Below the pieces are notes generated by a model that made no database searches, had not been told where the DNA came from, and saw nothing but the letters and a program-made list of their open reading frames with translations. Shown one piece after another: positions 27,075-40,270 of a stretch of 64,000 nt of DNA. The DNA is from Lingula anatina (Eukaryota > Animalia > Brachiopoda). Numbering within the stretch: position 1 is the first letter of the stretch; the number at the start of each line of letters is the position of its first letter. The position numbers were made by a program, and so were the translations under genes. The stretch is taken from NCBI GenBank assembly GCA_051362555.1, contig CM120647.1:16902651-16966650 (forward strand). The letters run 5' to 3'.

Positions 27075-29655
27075 TATTTATTATTATTATTATTACCAAA
27101 CTTGCAACCCGAGGGTTGGATAATTACAATCATTGCATCACAGTTGGATAAAACCATTAGTCAGTAAGAATAAAGGAATATTAAAAGAAATATGTAAGCA
27201 AGTTTAAAACAAAATATCTAAAATGCAAGGTTAAAAAAATAAAAGTCTATCAGTTAATTCTGAAACTTGTATATGGCACTAGTTAAAAACTCACTCATTG
27301 ATCGTTTGTTTTAATTTTAGGTCTTTTGAAAGTTTCCTGTTCTCTTAATGAATATTTGACATTTTGTTTTGGTTGTAAAAGGTAATGCAGTCTATGATCC
27401 GGTTCATTTGATATACTAATAAACATTTTTTACATGCATTGAGCCGTATTTCACTCAGTAGTTCAAGTTTACTATGTTCACAAGCAGCGTCATATTCAAG
27501 AATAGGATAAATTATCTTAAGAGCTCTTTCTTGAGACTTTTCTACTAGGGCAGTCAATTCATTCGTTAACCCAAAGTGCCAGACAGGGGCAGCATATTCC
27601 AAAACTGGCCTTATGACAGTCTGGTAATAAGTTACAAGGTCATCAGTTGTAAGGCCTGCACGCTTAAGATGCTGTGGGAAATAAACCTTTTGCTTGCTTT
27701 TTTAGTGATTTTGTCTACATGTACCTTCCATGTGAGGTCATTAGAGATATACACTCCAAGTAATTTAAATGATTCTACAAATTCAATCTATGTTTTGTCA
27801 ATAACGAGCTTAGGGATATCTGCATTCTTGCGTTTAAATGATATGGCCATTTGTTTGTTTTTTTTTTCTGTTTAATCGCATGTTGTTTGTCCTAGACCAG
27901 TCCAATGTTGAGTCAGCGATTACATGTAATTTGCTTTCATCGAATTGTCTAAGGATCTCAGAAACTGTTGTGCCATCCATATAATTATGGCATAATAAAT
28001 CACCAGGAGGTAGATGTAAATCGTTTATCATCAGGACAAAGGGCAACGGGCCCAGCCATGATCCTTGAGGCACCGAGCCATTTATGCACTGCCACTCCGA
28101 TCTGACTTGACCAAGCTTGACTCGCTGTTGTCTTTTAGTGAGGAAAGCAGCAATCCAGCGAACAATCACATTATGTAAGCCCATGGCTTTAAGTTTATTG
28201 ATGAGCAGGGAATGATCAACGTGATCGAAAGCCTTGGAATAATTAATCAACAGAACTCTAACGACGTTGCCAGCTTCAGTTGCCATAAACCAGAGGTGCA
28301 TAATATCTATCAAAGCATGAGCAGATCTTTTGATCCCACCAAACTGGAACTTGTCCAATAATGGTTCCACAGTTTCAAGTGTCCATTCACCTACAATGGA
28401 CTCCATATGCTTGGCTAGCACTGGTGTCAAGGAGATGGGCCTGAGATCATCCTCAACTGATTTGGGGGGGGGGGGTGGACTTTTGGTATGGGGACAACAT
28501 CAGCTGATCGCCACACTTCTGGGACATGCCCTTCTCTCAGTGAACTGTTATAAATGGCACATACTGGTTTTGGTAAAAAAAGGTGCGAAATCGCGTACAA
28601 GCCAGCTAAGTATTTCATCCGGGCCACTGGCCTTATGAACCATTGTGCTCTTATGTTTTTTCTCCACTTGAGCTACTGAGATGATGTATTTGTCAGGGAT
28701 ATGTTCAGGAGGAGGAGGTATGATAGTACTATCCAACGGGTTTAAGTCAGCAGACACAGACTGAAAGAAACCATTGATGAGTTCAGCTAAAGCATGGAGA
28801 CTGCCATTAAATTTGTCATTGGCTAATCCCTGAAGATTATTTGAGTTTGCGTTCAGACCAATCATCTGCTTTGTAGCTTGTCACCATTTTCTTGAATCAC
28901 CAGATTTAACCTGTTCCTCTTTGCTTTTGTAGTGCTTTCTATTTAGGTTTCTTGACATTCTGTTTACTTTCTTTTGGTATATTTTGTGTCGTTCATGGTC
29001 ACCGGATTGCCAAGCTTTGGACTTCATTCTGATGGTATTTCGGAAGTCATCATTAACCCATGGTTTATCATTGGAGTGTCTAGTGACTTTGCAGAGAGGG
29101 AGATGAGTGTCAATGAGTGTTGCGACCTGTCTGGTGAAAAACTCAAACTGCTCTTGACATGTCTTCATTTGATAGAGCTCTCTCCATAAGGTATTCTCAA
29201 TGTCACGCGCCAAAAAGGCCAATGCGTTTTGGCTCTTTTTCCTTATGAAGATTGTAACTTTGTGCCCTGTGGAGAAGGAGCTACCTGGCCCAGGAGAGCA
29301 TATGAATGTGTTGTGATCTGACCTGCCAATAGACCCAAGATAGTGGGGTTCTTTATACAGCTCTTACATATTGGTGAAAACTTTGTCTAGAATCCGTTTG
29401 CCTCTAGTTGGGCATTTAACAATCCGCCTCAATGGGAAGTTTCCGATCCTATTGTCTTTCAAGGAGTTGAAATCACCAAGGACAAAAATCACACAGTACG
29501 GATGCTTTTGTTTGATAGAGTCTAAAGTCGATATTATGTGATTATTCATATCATGGTGTGATACGGTATTTTTAGATGATGTAGTAGGGTAATATATTGT
29601 TCCTATTAAAATGTGCGAGAACTGTCTTGGTAATTTGTTTGGTCGTAGAATTATG
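27075..29655 (-). mobile_element. Degenerate LINE (CR1/L2 group), endonuclease + reverse transcriptase fragments
   Basis: Frameshifted motifs LGDFN, PTRGKRILD, KASGPD, SKAFDHVDH, VPQGSWLGP, YMDGTT and EYAAPVW, plus a (TAA)n tail at ~27077-27095. Confidence 0.92.
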
Positions 29656-29689
29656 TTTTTTTATTTTACCTACAAATATAAATATTTTC

Positions 29690-30125
29690 TACAAATCATT
29701 TTATCATTTTTCTGACTGATAAATGAAAATAAGGATTAAAATCTTGTTGTAATAACTTTTAAAAATCCCCTTGATGTCATTGTGACATCAGTTCTCTAAT
29801 TGATTTTGCAATAGAACCAAACAGAAATACATTGCTGATTCTCAGACATTAGACAGCTATTAAATGCGATATTCTGGACCTTCCTTTTTTTGGCAAATTA
29901 GCATCTCTAAAAATGTACATGCCTCACACAAGTATCTCATGTCAGGCTCTAGGCACATCAATGGTCGATGGTGCGTCTGACCTCATTTGACTGCTGTCAG
30001 GGCTCTTTAGCAGCAATGCATTCCTCGGGATAGGTTATTAAAGTTTACTTTAGAATAACATTCCAGGCATATGTCAAAACATGTCCAGTTTGGTTCAGTT
30101 TTGTTGTAGGACAAGTAGGTCGTTG
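29690..30125 (-). mobile_element. Diverged 3' fragment of the same Tc1-like family
   Basis: Reverse complement resembles 11470-11910 (CTGACTGATAAATGAAAATAAGGATTAAAATC, GATGTCATTGTGA, TAACATTCCAGGCAT). Confidence 0.75.
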
Positions 30126-30129
30126 ATAT

Positions 30130-33100
30130 GACATACCGTCCTAGTATTAAGAATGTGTATATTTACCCCGTGGACCATTTGAAGATTACACTGCGATTAA
30201 TGCGGTGGAAAATACAATAGAGGGAGTGTATAATGATAGGGTCGCTAAACGATTGTTGACGGCATATAGTAACTAGCCTAATCCCCTGGTCGCCTGGGTA
30301 ACCACGCCCCTTTAGAGTACTTATGTAAACAAACGGCCTCCCGTAGCGAACTATCCTTTTGTTCAACAGCTTCGCGCGAGCAGCTGATTATGTATGTAGT
30401 GACACTATAGCTATCTGCATATAAATTTGTGCTAGCTGTTATTTGATTCATTCTGCTGGGTCGGATGTTGTGGATCAGCCCACTGGTTCGTTGACTTATT
30501 TTTTTCTGAAGATTGGTGATGAAGATTTTGAGTGCTTAATTATTTACACTCCTTTTAACAAGAGAAAGGGGAAGGGAGAGAAAGAGAGAGAGTGTCAAAT
30601 GAAATGGGTAATGAGTAATACAATACATAGGGACTCGCGGTGGAAGAAACGATAGACTGTTTTGCATCAAGGTATGCCATTATAATCCGACATGCCCCAT
30701 AACAGGAGGGATTATACTTTAAATACAGACTCATTGTTGTATGACTTATATTTGTGCCGACTTATATTTTACTCTCGCTCATGTCGTGAAACTATTTCCT
30801 TGAATAAAGTTTTTCCTGTATAAATTTACTTTGTGACATGAAGTACGCCTGTTGAAAAGGGGGCTTTTCGTAACTAATACAGGTTCACTGTTCAGAAAAA
30901 TATCGTCGCCGTTCGTCGCCGTTACCTTCAGGAAAGCGTACCCTACGCTTGGATCACTGGCATTTTTGGTTATCTGACAAATTAGGGCAATTTACATTTT
31001 AGCTAATAATTTTGAATTTACTAATATTTTGGCCTAAATTCGATGTCAGATTCATAGCCATGACGCAAAGCCGCCAGAGTAACTGTTTAAATTTCCAAAT
31101 TTCGTTTTTTCCTAATGTTTTTTTATTATCAGTCGAAAACATTTTCATGTTTAACTTCTCAAACCTGTACGTACACCATTCTGGACTATTTTATTTTATC
31201 CAACTACACATGCAAATACCACTAACTGCCCCCCTCCTAAACAATCAGACTATCTAGAACGCGTGGCGATAAAAATGTATTGCTAGATCTTGTAAACACT
31301 CAGCGAAATGCACCTAGTGACTATATTCAATGTGCCGTCACTTTTTTGCTTTCTCGATTTCATTAATTGACGATAGTAATTACAGTAAACAAGGAAGAGG
31401 AAATGCTGAAGACAAAACAACGTCGGGTCTTTGTGTGACTTTCTCCCTTGCTGTTGCTGTCAAAGAAAAAGGAGCCGAGATAGCGATAATTTAACGTTTG
31501 ATACACAATGTTCATTAATGTCATAATTTTGGCGATTTATTGAAACCATATTTGTACAGAGTAGGTTAGCATAAGTTAAGCAACAACCAGTATGAAGAAC
31601 AACTCCCTTTTTAAATGAGGCAAGACACCCTCTTCACACTGATTATAACCTTGAGAAAGACATTATGCAACAAGGCAAAGGAGTTATGCAAAGTTCTTTC
31701 AACTTGTGTGTGAATACAACACATTCTTTGTCGCTTTTACAAGACAATGGAGGCGAGCAAGCGGAATAATTACAATATACAATAAAAAGGAAATTAGTTT
31801 AGAAAGCTTACTTTGGGTCACCCCTTTGCTTGTTCGAAGGAAAGAGATAGATATCGCGCCGCGACTCCCTTTAATAAACCTTCGTGTGTTTGTGTAAAAG
31901 TGTGAAAGACAGGCAACGGTCTTGAGCCGCTGTTGATATTGTTCGCGATTAATATTGAAGTATACCTCCTTCGCCTGCATGTAAACGTGTAACTTTTTCT
32001 CATGTGCACTATATTTCTTTTAGGTGGTTGAGACAAGGCGATGAAATCGATAAAAGTAGAGGTTAATCTAAACAATTAGATGCGATTTTTGTGAAATGTT
32101 TAAATTCTTGAATTTCTAATTTTTAAAATCTTTCATACACGGCCTCATATTTGTATTACTCTCAGGCCATACTCTTCGATATTATTGTGTTACACGGGAC
32201 TCCTGGAAACCTGAAGCACAGGGCATTGTGGAAGTTAATTCGTTACGGAGTCTTGTTATCCTTCATGGAGTTTTATAGCTGGGATGAACACTGCGAAGTA
32301 GAAACAGGCTTTACTTAGCTTTACTTAATATACGACAGTTTAAACAAAACCAGTCTGCAAGGCTTGCTTTGATTTGGCGTTAACCTGACACTGGTTTTGA
32401 AAGAACAAATATAAATATGTTGGATGGATTAAATCACCGACTTCGTTATAATTTAGCTAAATGTTCATTTACACAGTAACACAGATAATATTTATAAGTT
32501 GTCTGTCGTTCAGCACGCATTATAGGCGAGTAGCTAAACAGTGACGATGATCACAGTAATTGTATAGGCATGGTTTAAGCTTGTTCGAGAGATAATAACA
32601 GTCGCGTTTAACAATAGATACAGGTAGCGAGCTATTAACCTTTTTCATCTTTTCCGGAAATGGATATTGCATTGTGGGTAGGGGAGCCCTGCTATGTCGA
32701 AACACTTACAGCGGTGTTAAAACCATGGCTGGGTTTACGTGCTTTTTGTCCCGCTGCTACAATAACAGTAAGCGAGATCGACACATGAGGTTTAATAAGT
32801 TCCCAACAAACCCGTTAAAATAAAAAATATGGTAGAAAGAAAGGAAAGTATGGCAGTTTGGATCAAAAGCAGGGCACCGCGTTTGCGCTGAACATTTCGA
32901 AGGCGGGAAGAAAAACTATAAATTAGGAGATCAACGGTGTTTTAATAAAAAACAGAAATGTTTAGTTAATCAACGGATATAACGAACTATCGGCAAATAA
33001 AACTCGGGAGTAAACAATGCGAGAAAAAACATTATAAAGATCTGAAGAAAAAATGAAGAATAGGGGGCCTAAAAAGAAAGAAAAGACTTTAAGCATGAGA

Positions 33101-35690
33101 TTAGTTAAAAAGGAAAGTAAAAGCTGTAAAGTTGTAAACGGGGATTCTACTTACAAAAAATTCAAGAACTTTCACGAATTTTTGTGTAACAACAAAGAGA
33201 AGGTTTGAAAAGTTTTGTATGTAATATCCTGTGTTTAATTGATAAGTGATCATTTTTAATGTAGTACTGTAAGCCTATCACAGCTAGGTTTTAGTCTCTC
33301 ATAACCCTTAGTAGGGTAGGTTCTATTTTTTTAACGTGAGACGTTAATAAAATTTTTATTATTATGTATCCAGTCCCGTATACGTATTACTGATTTATAC
33401 AAACGGGGCTCATATTATCAAGATCAACATCTAGAGACATACGAAGAAGAAAGTACATCGGCTCTTGTTGAACGCGTTATCGGCAAAATAAAAGGTTATT
33501 TATTTCTGAACTCAATGACAAGAGAATTGGAATATTCAATGGGCATATATTGTTATTTACAAAAAATGCAGAAAAGCCTTTCTGTAAGCTACACGTGCAT
33601 AATACATGTATGGTAAAGACAAAATGGATAATAAAAATAATCTAACAACGTATTTGTAAAGTAATAGGCCTACAAATATGCTTAGTATTAGATAGTTGAA
33701 AAGTATGAATTGTGTGGAAAACACTTTATTTGAATGATTTTATTGTCTTTGATTGAAAACGATGAAAATACGCATGAAAAAGTTTAAAAATCAAATAATT
33801 TGGCCCCTTGCTATAATTTTGTTTTTGCATGACGGTTTTGTTTCAGTTTGACAAAATTTTCATACTTGTCAGACCGAAAGTCTGACATTTTTTACCTGTC
33901 GTAAATTTTGTACATATACTAGAGTAAGACACGGTAAACTTTAATTATCGTCTGGGAAAGAGTCGAGAATTCCTGTCTCACCTATTTAACACTTAAAATT
34001 AGAAGGTTTTAATTACAGAGGAAAGGTCGTAGTTGTGGCCGCCACCCTTACCGAACAATTGAACAAGTAACACCTGATGCCTTATCAGGTACAAAACGAT
34101 TTAATCAGTTCACCGACGAAGGATCTGCGTGTCAGTTTTACCTGTATACACAGTAGGTACGAGTCAAACAATGCAGGGAATCTTTTCATTTTATCATTTC
34201 AAAAATCATAAGACATCCTTCAAACAAGACAAAAAATCGTAATGAATTGATACTGCGGTAAATGAGGTGATATCGCCACAGCTTGCATATATATATACAT
34301 GTAATATTGAAAAGTCGTAGGCCTACGCACCTGTCCACACTCTTGAAAGCTGTGTACGAGTCTACTGGCTATTTTGATTTTATATATATATATATAAAAA
34401 TAACGAGTCTCTTTCGCATATCTTTATTATCGGAAGCATTTAAAAGAACTCTGAAGCTTTAGTTCATCACTATTGAAAGTGCAGCCAAGCTCGGACGCTT
34501 AGGGTAAACTGAAGAAGAAAACATTAAATTGCCTGATTATCTGTCCAAATAGCGGTTTGCTTGCCTACAGTTTACGCATTTCTGTGCTTCAGCCACCTTT
34601 TTAGTTTGACAGAAAGCAGTGCACGCTTCAAAACGACCTTTTTATATGCGCACCTTGTACATCATCTACACCTAGCATTGTCATGCTGGAAACAGCAGAG
34701 GACTACCATGACCCCTGTGGCGCGTGGTTCCTCTCATGCGCACTTCGTATTTCCGCAAAAGATGAAAAAGGTTAATAGTAAGACCCCCTCCTCTTTAACT
34801 GATGATTTACACTGTTAATTGACCGTACTTTCATATATTGTATGATCACACAGTCAGACTTTCCCCGGTTGCACGTTGGAGTTAGATTGTCCTTGCGCCT
34901 CTGTCAATGCACCTCATTTAATTTTAATATTATAATATAAGTGCAGTATAAGTCATATATTCTTTCCTTATTCCTCATTCATTAACATTCATGTTTTATA
35001 AATACTTGAATGCAGTACGTTTATAAATAAATTATACATTTATAAATTAATGCAATAAGAATTTTTTGAGACAGATTGATGCTGACGCTCATGCATGTCA
35101 ATCAAATAAACAATACTTAGTTCAATTTTTGACTGCGGAAATTTCATATTGGATGAAATAACTGATAACAAATTTAACTAGCAGTTTGTAAGCAACACTA
35201 AAAACATATTCAGCTGCGCGTGCCAAACTAGTGAGCAAAAGGACAGTTCGCTACGCGTGGCACGCGTTAGCATGGGTTCTAGCCTCTTAAAGCTATAATC
35301 CTATCGCCGCAACAAACAATGGGGACCTTCTGGCTGATGTATCCTGCTGTTAATTACACCTAGTTACAGCAGAAATCGGCGTCATGGGGTTTTGCACCTA
35401 ATTTTAGATTCACGTTGAAAAATCCCCTTTCTACACAGGACATTGTTAACATACACAACCAAGGGAATGAGCAGCTACCTAGGCCGCCAGATTTGAACCA
35501 CATACACAATCTTCATGTACAGTGGTAGTAATAATTTTGTTTCTGTTGTACACCGGTTTAACAACGTTCGAAATGTTTTAATCCCTATCTTGTGAATAGA
35601 AGGGGGCGGACAAACAATGGAGGGCCGTATAAATCCCTTCAAAATTCGAACGCACAAACACAATAGCTTAGGTGGAATAACACAATGATT
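30130..35690 (+). repeat. Segmental duplication, copy 2, inside the CARD/NB-ARC intron
   Basis: Collinear with 14605-18830. It carries an extra 2.1-kb insertion, and the terminal ~170 bp (35520-35690) is inverted relative to 18835-19005. Confidence 0.9.
32635..34775 (+). mobile_element. Non-autonomous TIR DNA transposon with a degenerate THAP zinc finger
   Basis: 27-bp TIR TTAACCTTTTTCATCTTTT(C/G)CGGAAAT. The element is absent from the paralogous site at ~18160. The relic ORF from 32725 reads MAGFTCFLSRCYNNSKRD..FNKFP...W...GHRVCAEHFEGG. Confidence 0.8.
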
Positions 35691-37462
35691 TGAATGACTT
35701 AATTGAGTACAAGATTATATACAAGAACTTTAAAAGAGCATAATAAAACAACTAACAACTAATAGTACGACATCACTTTAAAATAATGCAAAAATAAGAT
35801 TGTACTCAAAAGGGTTTGCCTAAAGGGTCATTGACCCATGAATGGACCCCCCAAAAATATACAAATAATAAAAACTCTACTTTAGTACTAAAAACGACAA
35901 TGAGTACATCTAAAAACGACAATGTGTACATCTGCAACGAGCCACCCAAGTGCAAACGATCTCGGGGTCAAAGCGCTCCACCAGAAGAGTACCATAGTGC
36001 GCTCTAACGGATAGTCTAAACATTGATCTGCCAGCGCCTGAACGTGTTCAAATTGGAAGGGCGTTCCAGATGGGAACAACACAATTGAAAAAAGACCGGC
36101 AAAGCGTTTCGGTTCTACAGAAGTTGGCACTGTGGATGATAAAATGATCTCCCCTTCTTTCTCTAAAATACGAATACGTCGTATGGTCAAGGTCAGCCCT
36201 GCCAATAAAACAACTATGTAGGAAGGTAACGTCTAAAATTTCTCTTCTATAAGCTAAAGGCAGCAAGTTTAAAGCAATCAGTCTGTCTTTATAATTCATT
36301 TGGTTACCCAGAATATGTCTTGTGGCAGATTGCTACACCCTTCCTAGTTTTATTAAATTTTCTTTTGTAATGTAATCCCAAGATATAGAATTAAACTCAA
36401 GCTTTGAACGTACTCACGAATAAAAAAAATGCTGCATTAACCTTGGGTTCCTCTTTCTGTCAAACACTCGCCTAATAGTTGTCCATGTCTGATTTGCACT
36501 CTTAACAATGCTATTTATATGTGAATTAAAAGTCAGCTCGCTGCTAACGGTAACTCCTAAATCCCTTGCTTCATGTACCTTTGTCAACACATGTCCAAAG
36601 ATGTTATAATAAAATACAGTTGGATTGACCTTCCGTGTGACATTTAACAGCATACATTTTTTTAAGCATTCAATTTCATTCCCCACCTTTTACACCACTC
36701 TACTACCTTCTCAATATCCTCCTGGAGGGCCAAACAATCAGCCAAAGAACTAATTAATCTATGCATTTTTGAGTCATCAGCAAAAAGAGACATAGTTGTG
36801 AACCGGTCAACAACCTCAGGTATGTCATTGACATAGAGTAAAAACATCAGTGGCGCCAAGATTGATCCTTGTGGAACTCCAGAAGTTACATCACTAGTAT
36901 ATGAGTTTTCACCATTTAAGCATACTCTTTGCTGTCTTCCGGTTAGATATCCGCTAAACCAGTTTAATAATCTACCATTTATCCCAAAACTACGCAATTT
37001 ATGAACCAAAAGTTGATGAGGCACGACGTCGAACGCCTTACTAAAATCTAGATAAATGACATCAATCTGCTCACCTCTATCCAAATTCTCCCCTATTGAA
37101 TGTAATGCTTGTACTAATTGGGTGCTAGTTGAACGCTGTGCACGAAAACCACGATGAGCATCATTAAGGGTAGGTAGGATTAGTTCGGTCAGTTTAGTGT
37201 GGATCAGTCTCTCCATAACCTTGGAAATAGTAACAGAGATACTGACCTGTAGGTTTTAACCTTATACCCTTGTTACCCTTTTTGATCACAGGCGTGACAT
37301 TTGCCAACTTCCAAATATTAGGCAGCTCACCAGTCAACATACTACAATTAAATAAGAACGCACAAGAGTCACTTAATGATGCGGCACATTCCTTCAATAG
37401 TTTTGGCGGAATTCCATCAGGACCGTTAGCTTTGTTTACATCAAGACCTGAAAAACAATTTA

Positions 37463-37620
37463 CAGGGGCGGATTTTGGCCGTCTTCTGGGTCTTCCAGAA
37501 GACGGTCAGATTTTCAAGTTTACATTGACGGGTATCGATTTTTTCTGTCGGAAGACGGTCAAAAATGGAGGACGGGTCAACAAAGTTGACCGTCAGAAAA
37601 TATCTCTGAATCCGCCCCTG
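37463..37620. mobile_element. MITE inserted in CR1 ORF2
   Basis: TIR CAGGGGCGGATT/AATCCGCCCCTG with 5-bp TSD ATTTA. Removing it restores the frame VLNCFSGLDVNKANGPDG. Confidence 0.85.
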
Positions 37621-38680
37621 ATTTAACACCTCTTCGGTCGTAAAATCAAAACATTCTAACGAAGGTGCGACCACCATGTCAATATCTGGCAAAACTATAT
37701 TGTCATTAGAAAAAACGGCAGTAAAGTAAGCATTAAACAATTTGGCTTTATCACCGCAATCAACCCCCTTCACACCATTGTAACTGATAGATTTCGGTAT
37801 CCTATTAGCATTTACTTTATTGTGGTAAAACGACCAAAAGCGCTTCGGATTGGACCTTGACTCCCTACCTAGTGCTTCGATATATGTTTTGTAACTAGCA
37901 CAGGCTTATCCCTTAACCTGTTTCTCAAAAATCTATACTTATTCCAAGATGTTACCATCAAGGCCTACTTGAGACCTTTAACATGCGCTTAGGTACAAAG
38001 CAATCTATTCCCTCATTTACCACATACAGCCAATCATTCCACACATGTTCAACATCATTGTTGGCATTACGTGCCCTAAATTCAGAACCATGACCAAGCC
38101 TCTCACAAAGGAAATTCCTCAACCCTTGTACATCTGCATGCTTCCAATCTAAAATTGACCTCGACTTCTGATTCACCCTACTCATATTCATTTCAAACAT
38201 AAACACTACTGGATAATGATCCGAGCAAAAACCGTCAGGCCAGACATCTAAATCACAGATTTGTTCAGGTCTAATTGACAAAACTAGATCAAGGATATTC
38301 CCTGACCTATGCGTAGGCTCATGTACCATCTGCGTCAGTGTAAAATCAAACAATAGTGTAGTGTCCAATATCTTGACAAACACCTTAATCTTTTCTTGAG
38401 ACTTTTATTGAATCACCACAATGAATACGTTCTGAAATAATAACAATGAAAACAATGTTAACTATAACTACACAGATAAAGTTTAAAATAGACATGTTCT
38501 TATCTTGTAACTTATGAGATACTTAAACATCTATGCTTTACTTTCTTTACATGACCTACGGGCATGCATACTTAGCCTAGGTCCCAACTACGTTTTGCAC
38601 GCACGGTTTTTAGGTCCCTTGCGTCCGGCTAGGACGTAGTTAGATCGCACGTAGCGGCTGTTGATCATGTCGAAAAGTTA

Positions 38681-38952
38681 AGCCTAGGTCCCAACTACGT
38701 TTTGGACGCACGTTTTTTTTTTTTTTTTTTTGTTCCTTGCGTCCGGCTAGGACGTAGTTAGATCGCACGTAGCGGCTGTTGATCATGTCGAAAAGTCTCT
38801 ACGTGCTGTTTGCGTCCTCCAAAAGTCGCACGATAGACGTGCTCCTCACGCACGGACTCCTTCCCGATTCCTTCCCTGCGATCTAGCTACGTCCTAGAGG
38901 GACGCAAGGAACCTAAAAACCGTGCGCCCAAAACGTAGTTGGGACCTAGGCT
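38681..38952. mobile_element. PIF/Harbinger-like MITE, with a partial copy at 38574-38677
   Basis: TIR AGCCTAGGTCCCAACTACGTTTTG with TTA on both sides. Confidence 0.75.
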
Positions 38953-39109
38953 TTACAGGGGTATATGATTGAATATCACTCTTATAAATTTAATTTTCAT
39001 ACATGCATTACAAAGCTTAAAAGAACAAAATTTAACTTAAGAAATAAGCTATAATATACATAAGCTAGCATCTTACTAGACTTGTATAACCTCTTGAACT
39101 TGTAACAGC

Positions 39110-40270
39110 TTAATAATAATAATAATAATAATAATATTTATTTATAGTCTAAAATCCAACATGTGTTCAGTAGACTTTACAAAAATTATAAAATTCAAAT
39201 TAAAAGAAAAATATTGCTAATGGTTATAAGATGAAAGGATATATAAAATGGATAAAAAGGGGGAAATTTAAAACTATGACTAAGAACAGTTTTTATTAAG
39301 AAGTGTTTTTTCAAGAATTTAAAGATAATATTGTTTAAAAAGGTGGGTTTTTAGTTCCTTTTTAAAATGTCCAGGGTCCACAATTTGTCTAAGGCTGATG
39401 GGTAAAATAATCCATTCTTTTGGTGCTCCAAATTTAAATCTTTATCACCGTATGATACTAATCTTGTCTTATAAGCATTAAGAAGAAGGTGATCACCTGA
39501 TCTGAGATTTCTTGATGGCACGTAGTGTAAAACAAACTCATTTAAATAAGAAGGTGCAAGTTTATAAAATGCTGCATGTGCAAATGTTAAAAGTTTGAAT
39601 AAAATGCGTGCTCGGACAGGGAGCCAGTGCAACATCTTTAAAACAGGAGTAATGTGGTTGTCTTTTGGAGTGCGGGTCAGTAGGCGAGCAGATATATTCT
39701 GTACACGCTGTAGCCGTTTGATTTGTTCCTCTGAAGATCCATAAAGAAGGGAATTGCAGAAATCAAGTCTCGATGTAACCAGGGCATGTATAACTGTTGC
39801 TGTAACAGAGTCGGTTAAATGTTTTCGTAAGGAACCAATGTTTCTAATATTGGACATACATGTTTTAGATACGTTAGAAATTTGCCTGTTCATGGACAAT
39901 GTACTGTCAAAATAAACTCCCAGATTTTTGGCGTGAGATGAGACTTGTACCACGCTGGCACCTATTGACATGCTAAGACTGCGGGCAATGTTCTTATTGT
40001 GTGGTTGTGATATTACTAGGAATTCAGTTTTCTCGTCGTTGATCTTGAGTTTGTTTCTGATCATCCACCCCCTTATATCAGAAATAGAGTTGCCTATTTT
40101 AGTAATTGATGATTCAGGGTTTCTAATATTGCAGGATGTGAAAAGCTGAGTGTCATCAGCATAAATGTGATAACCCGTCTCATGAAAACGTTTAAGGTTT
40201 GCACCAAGCGGTAAAGTATAAATGTTTAACGAAAATGTTTAAGGTTTGCACCAAGCGGTAAAGTATAAAT
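39110..40270 (-). mobile_element. 5'-truncated L2-like LINE
   Basis: YADDTQL, NKLKINDEKTEFL, ALVTSRLDFCNSLL and HITPVLKMLHWLPV, plus a simple-repeat tail at 39110-39135. Confidence 0.9.

Noticed and set aside
27834-40064. RT ORFs as a retron, DGR or domesticated RT system diversifying the TPRs
   Set aside because: They are frameshifted CR1/L2-type LINE fragments with endonuclease relics and simple-repeat tails. No template/variable repeat pair with adenine-specific changes was seen.
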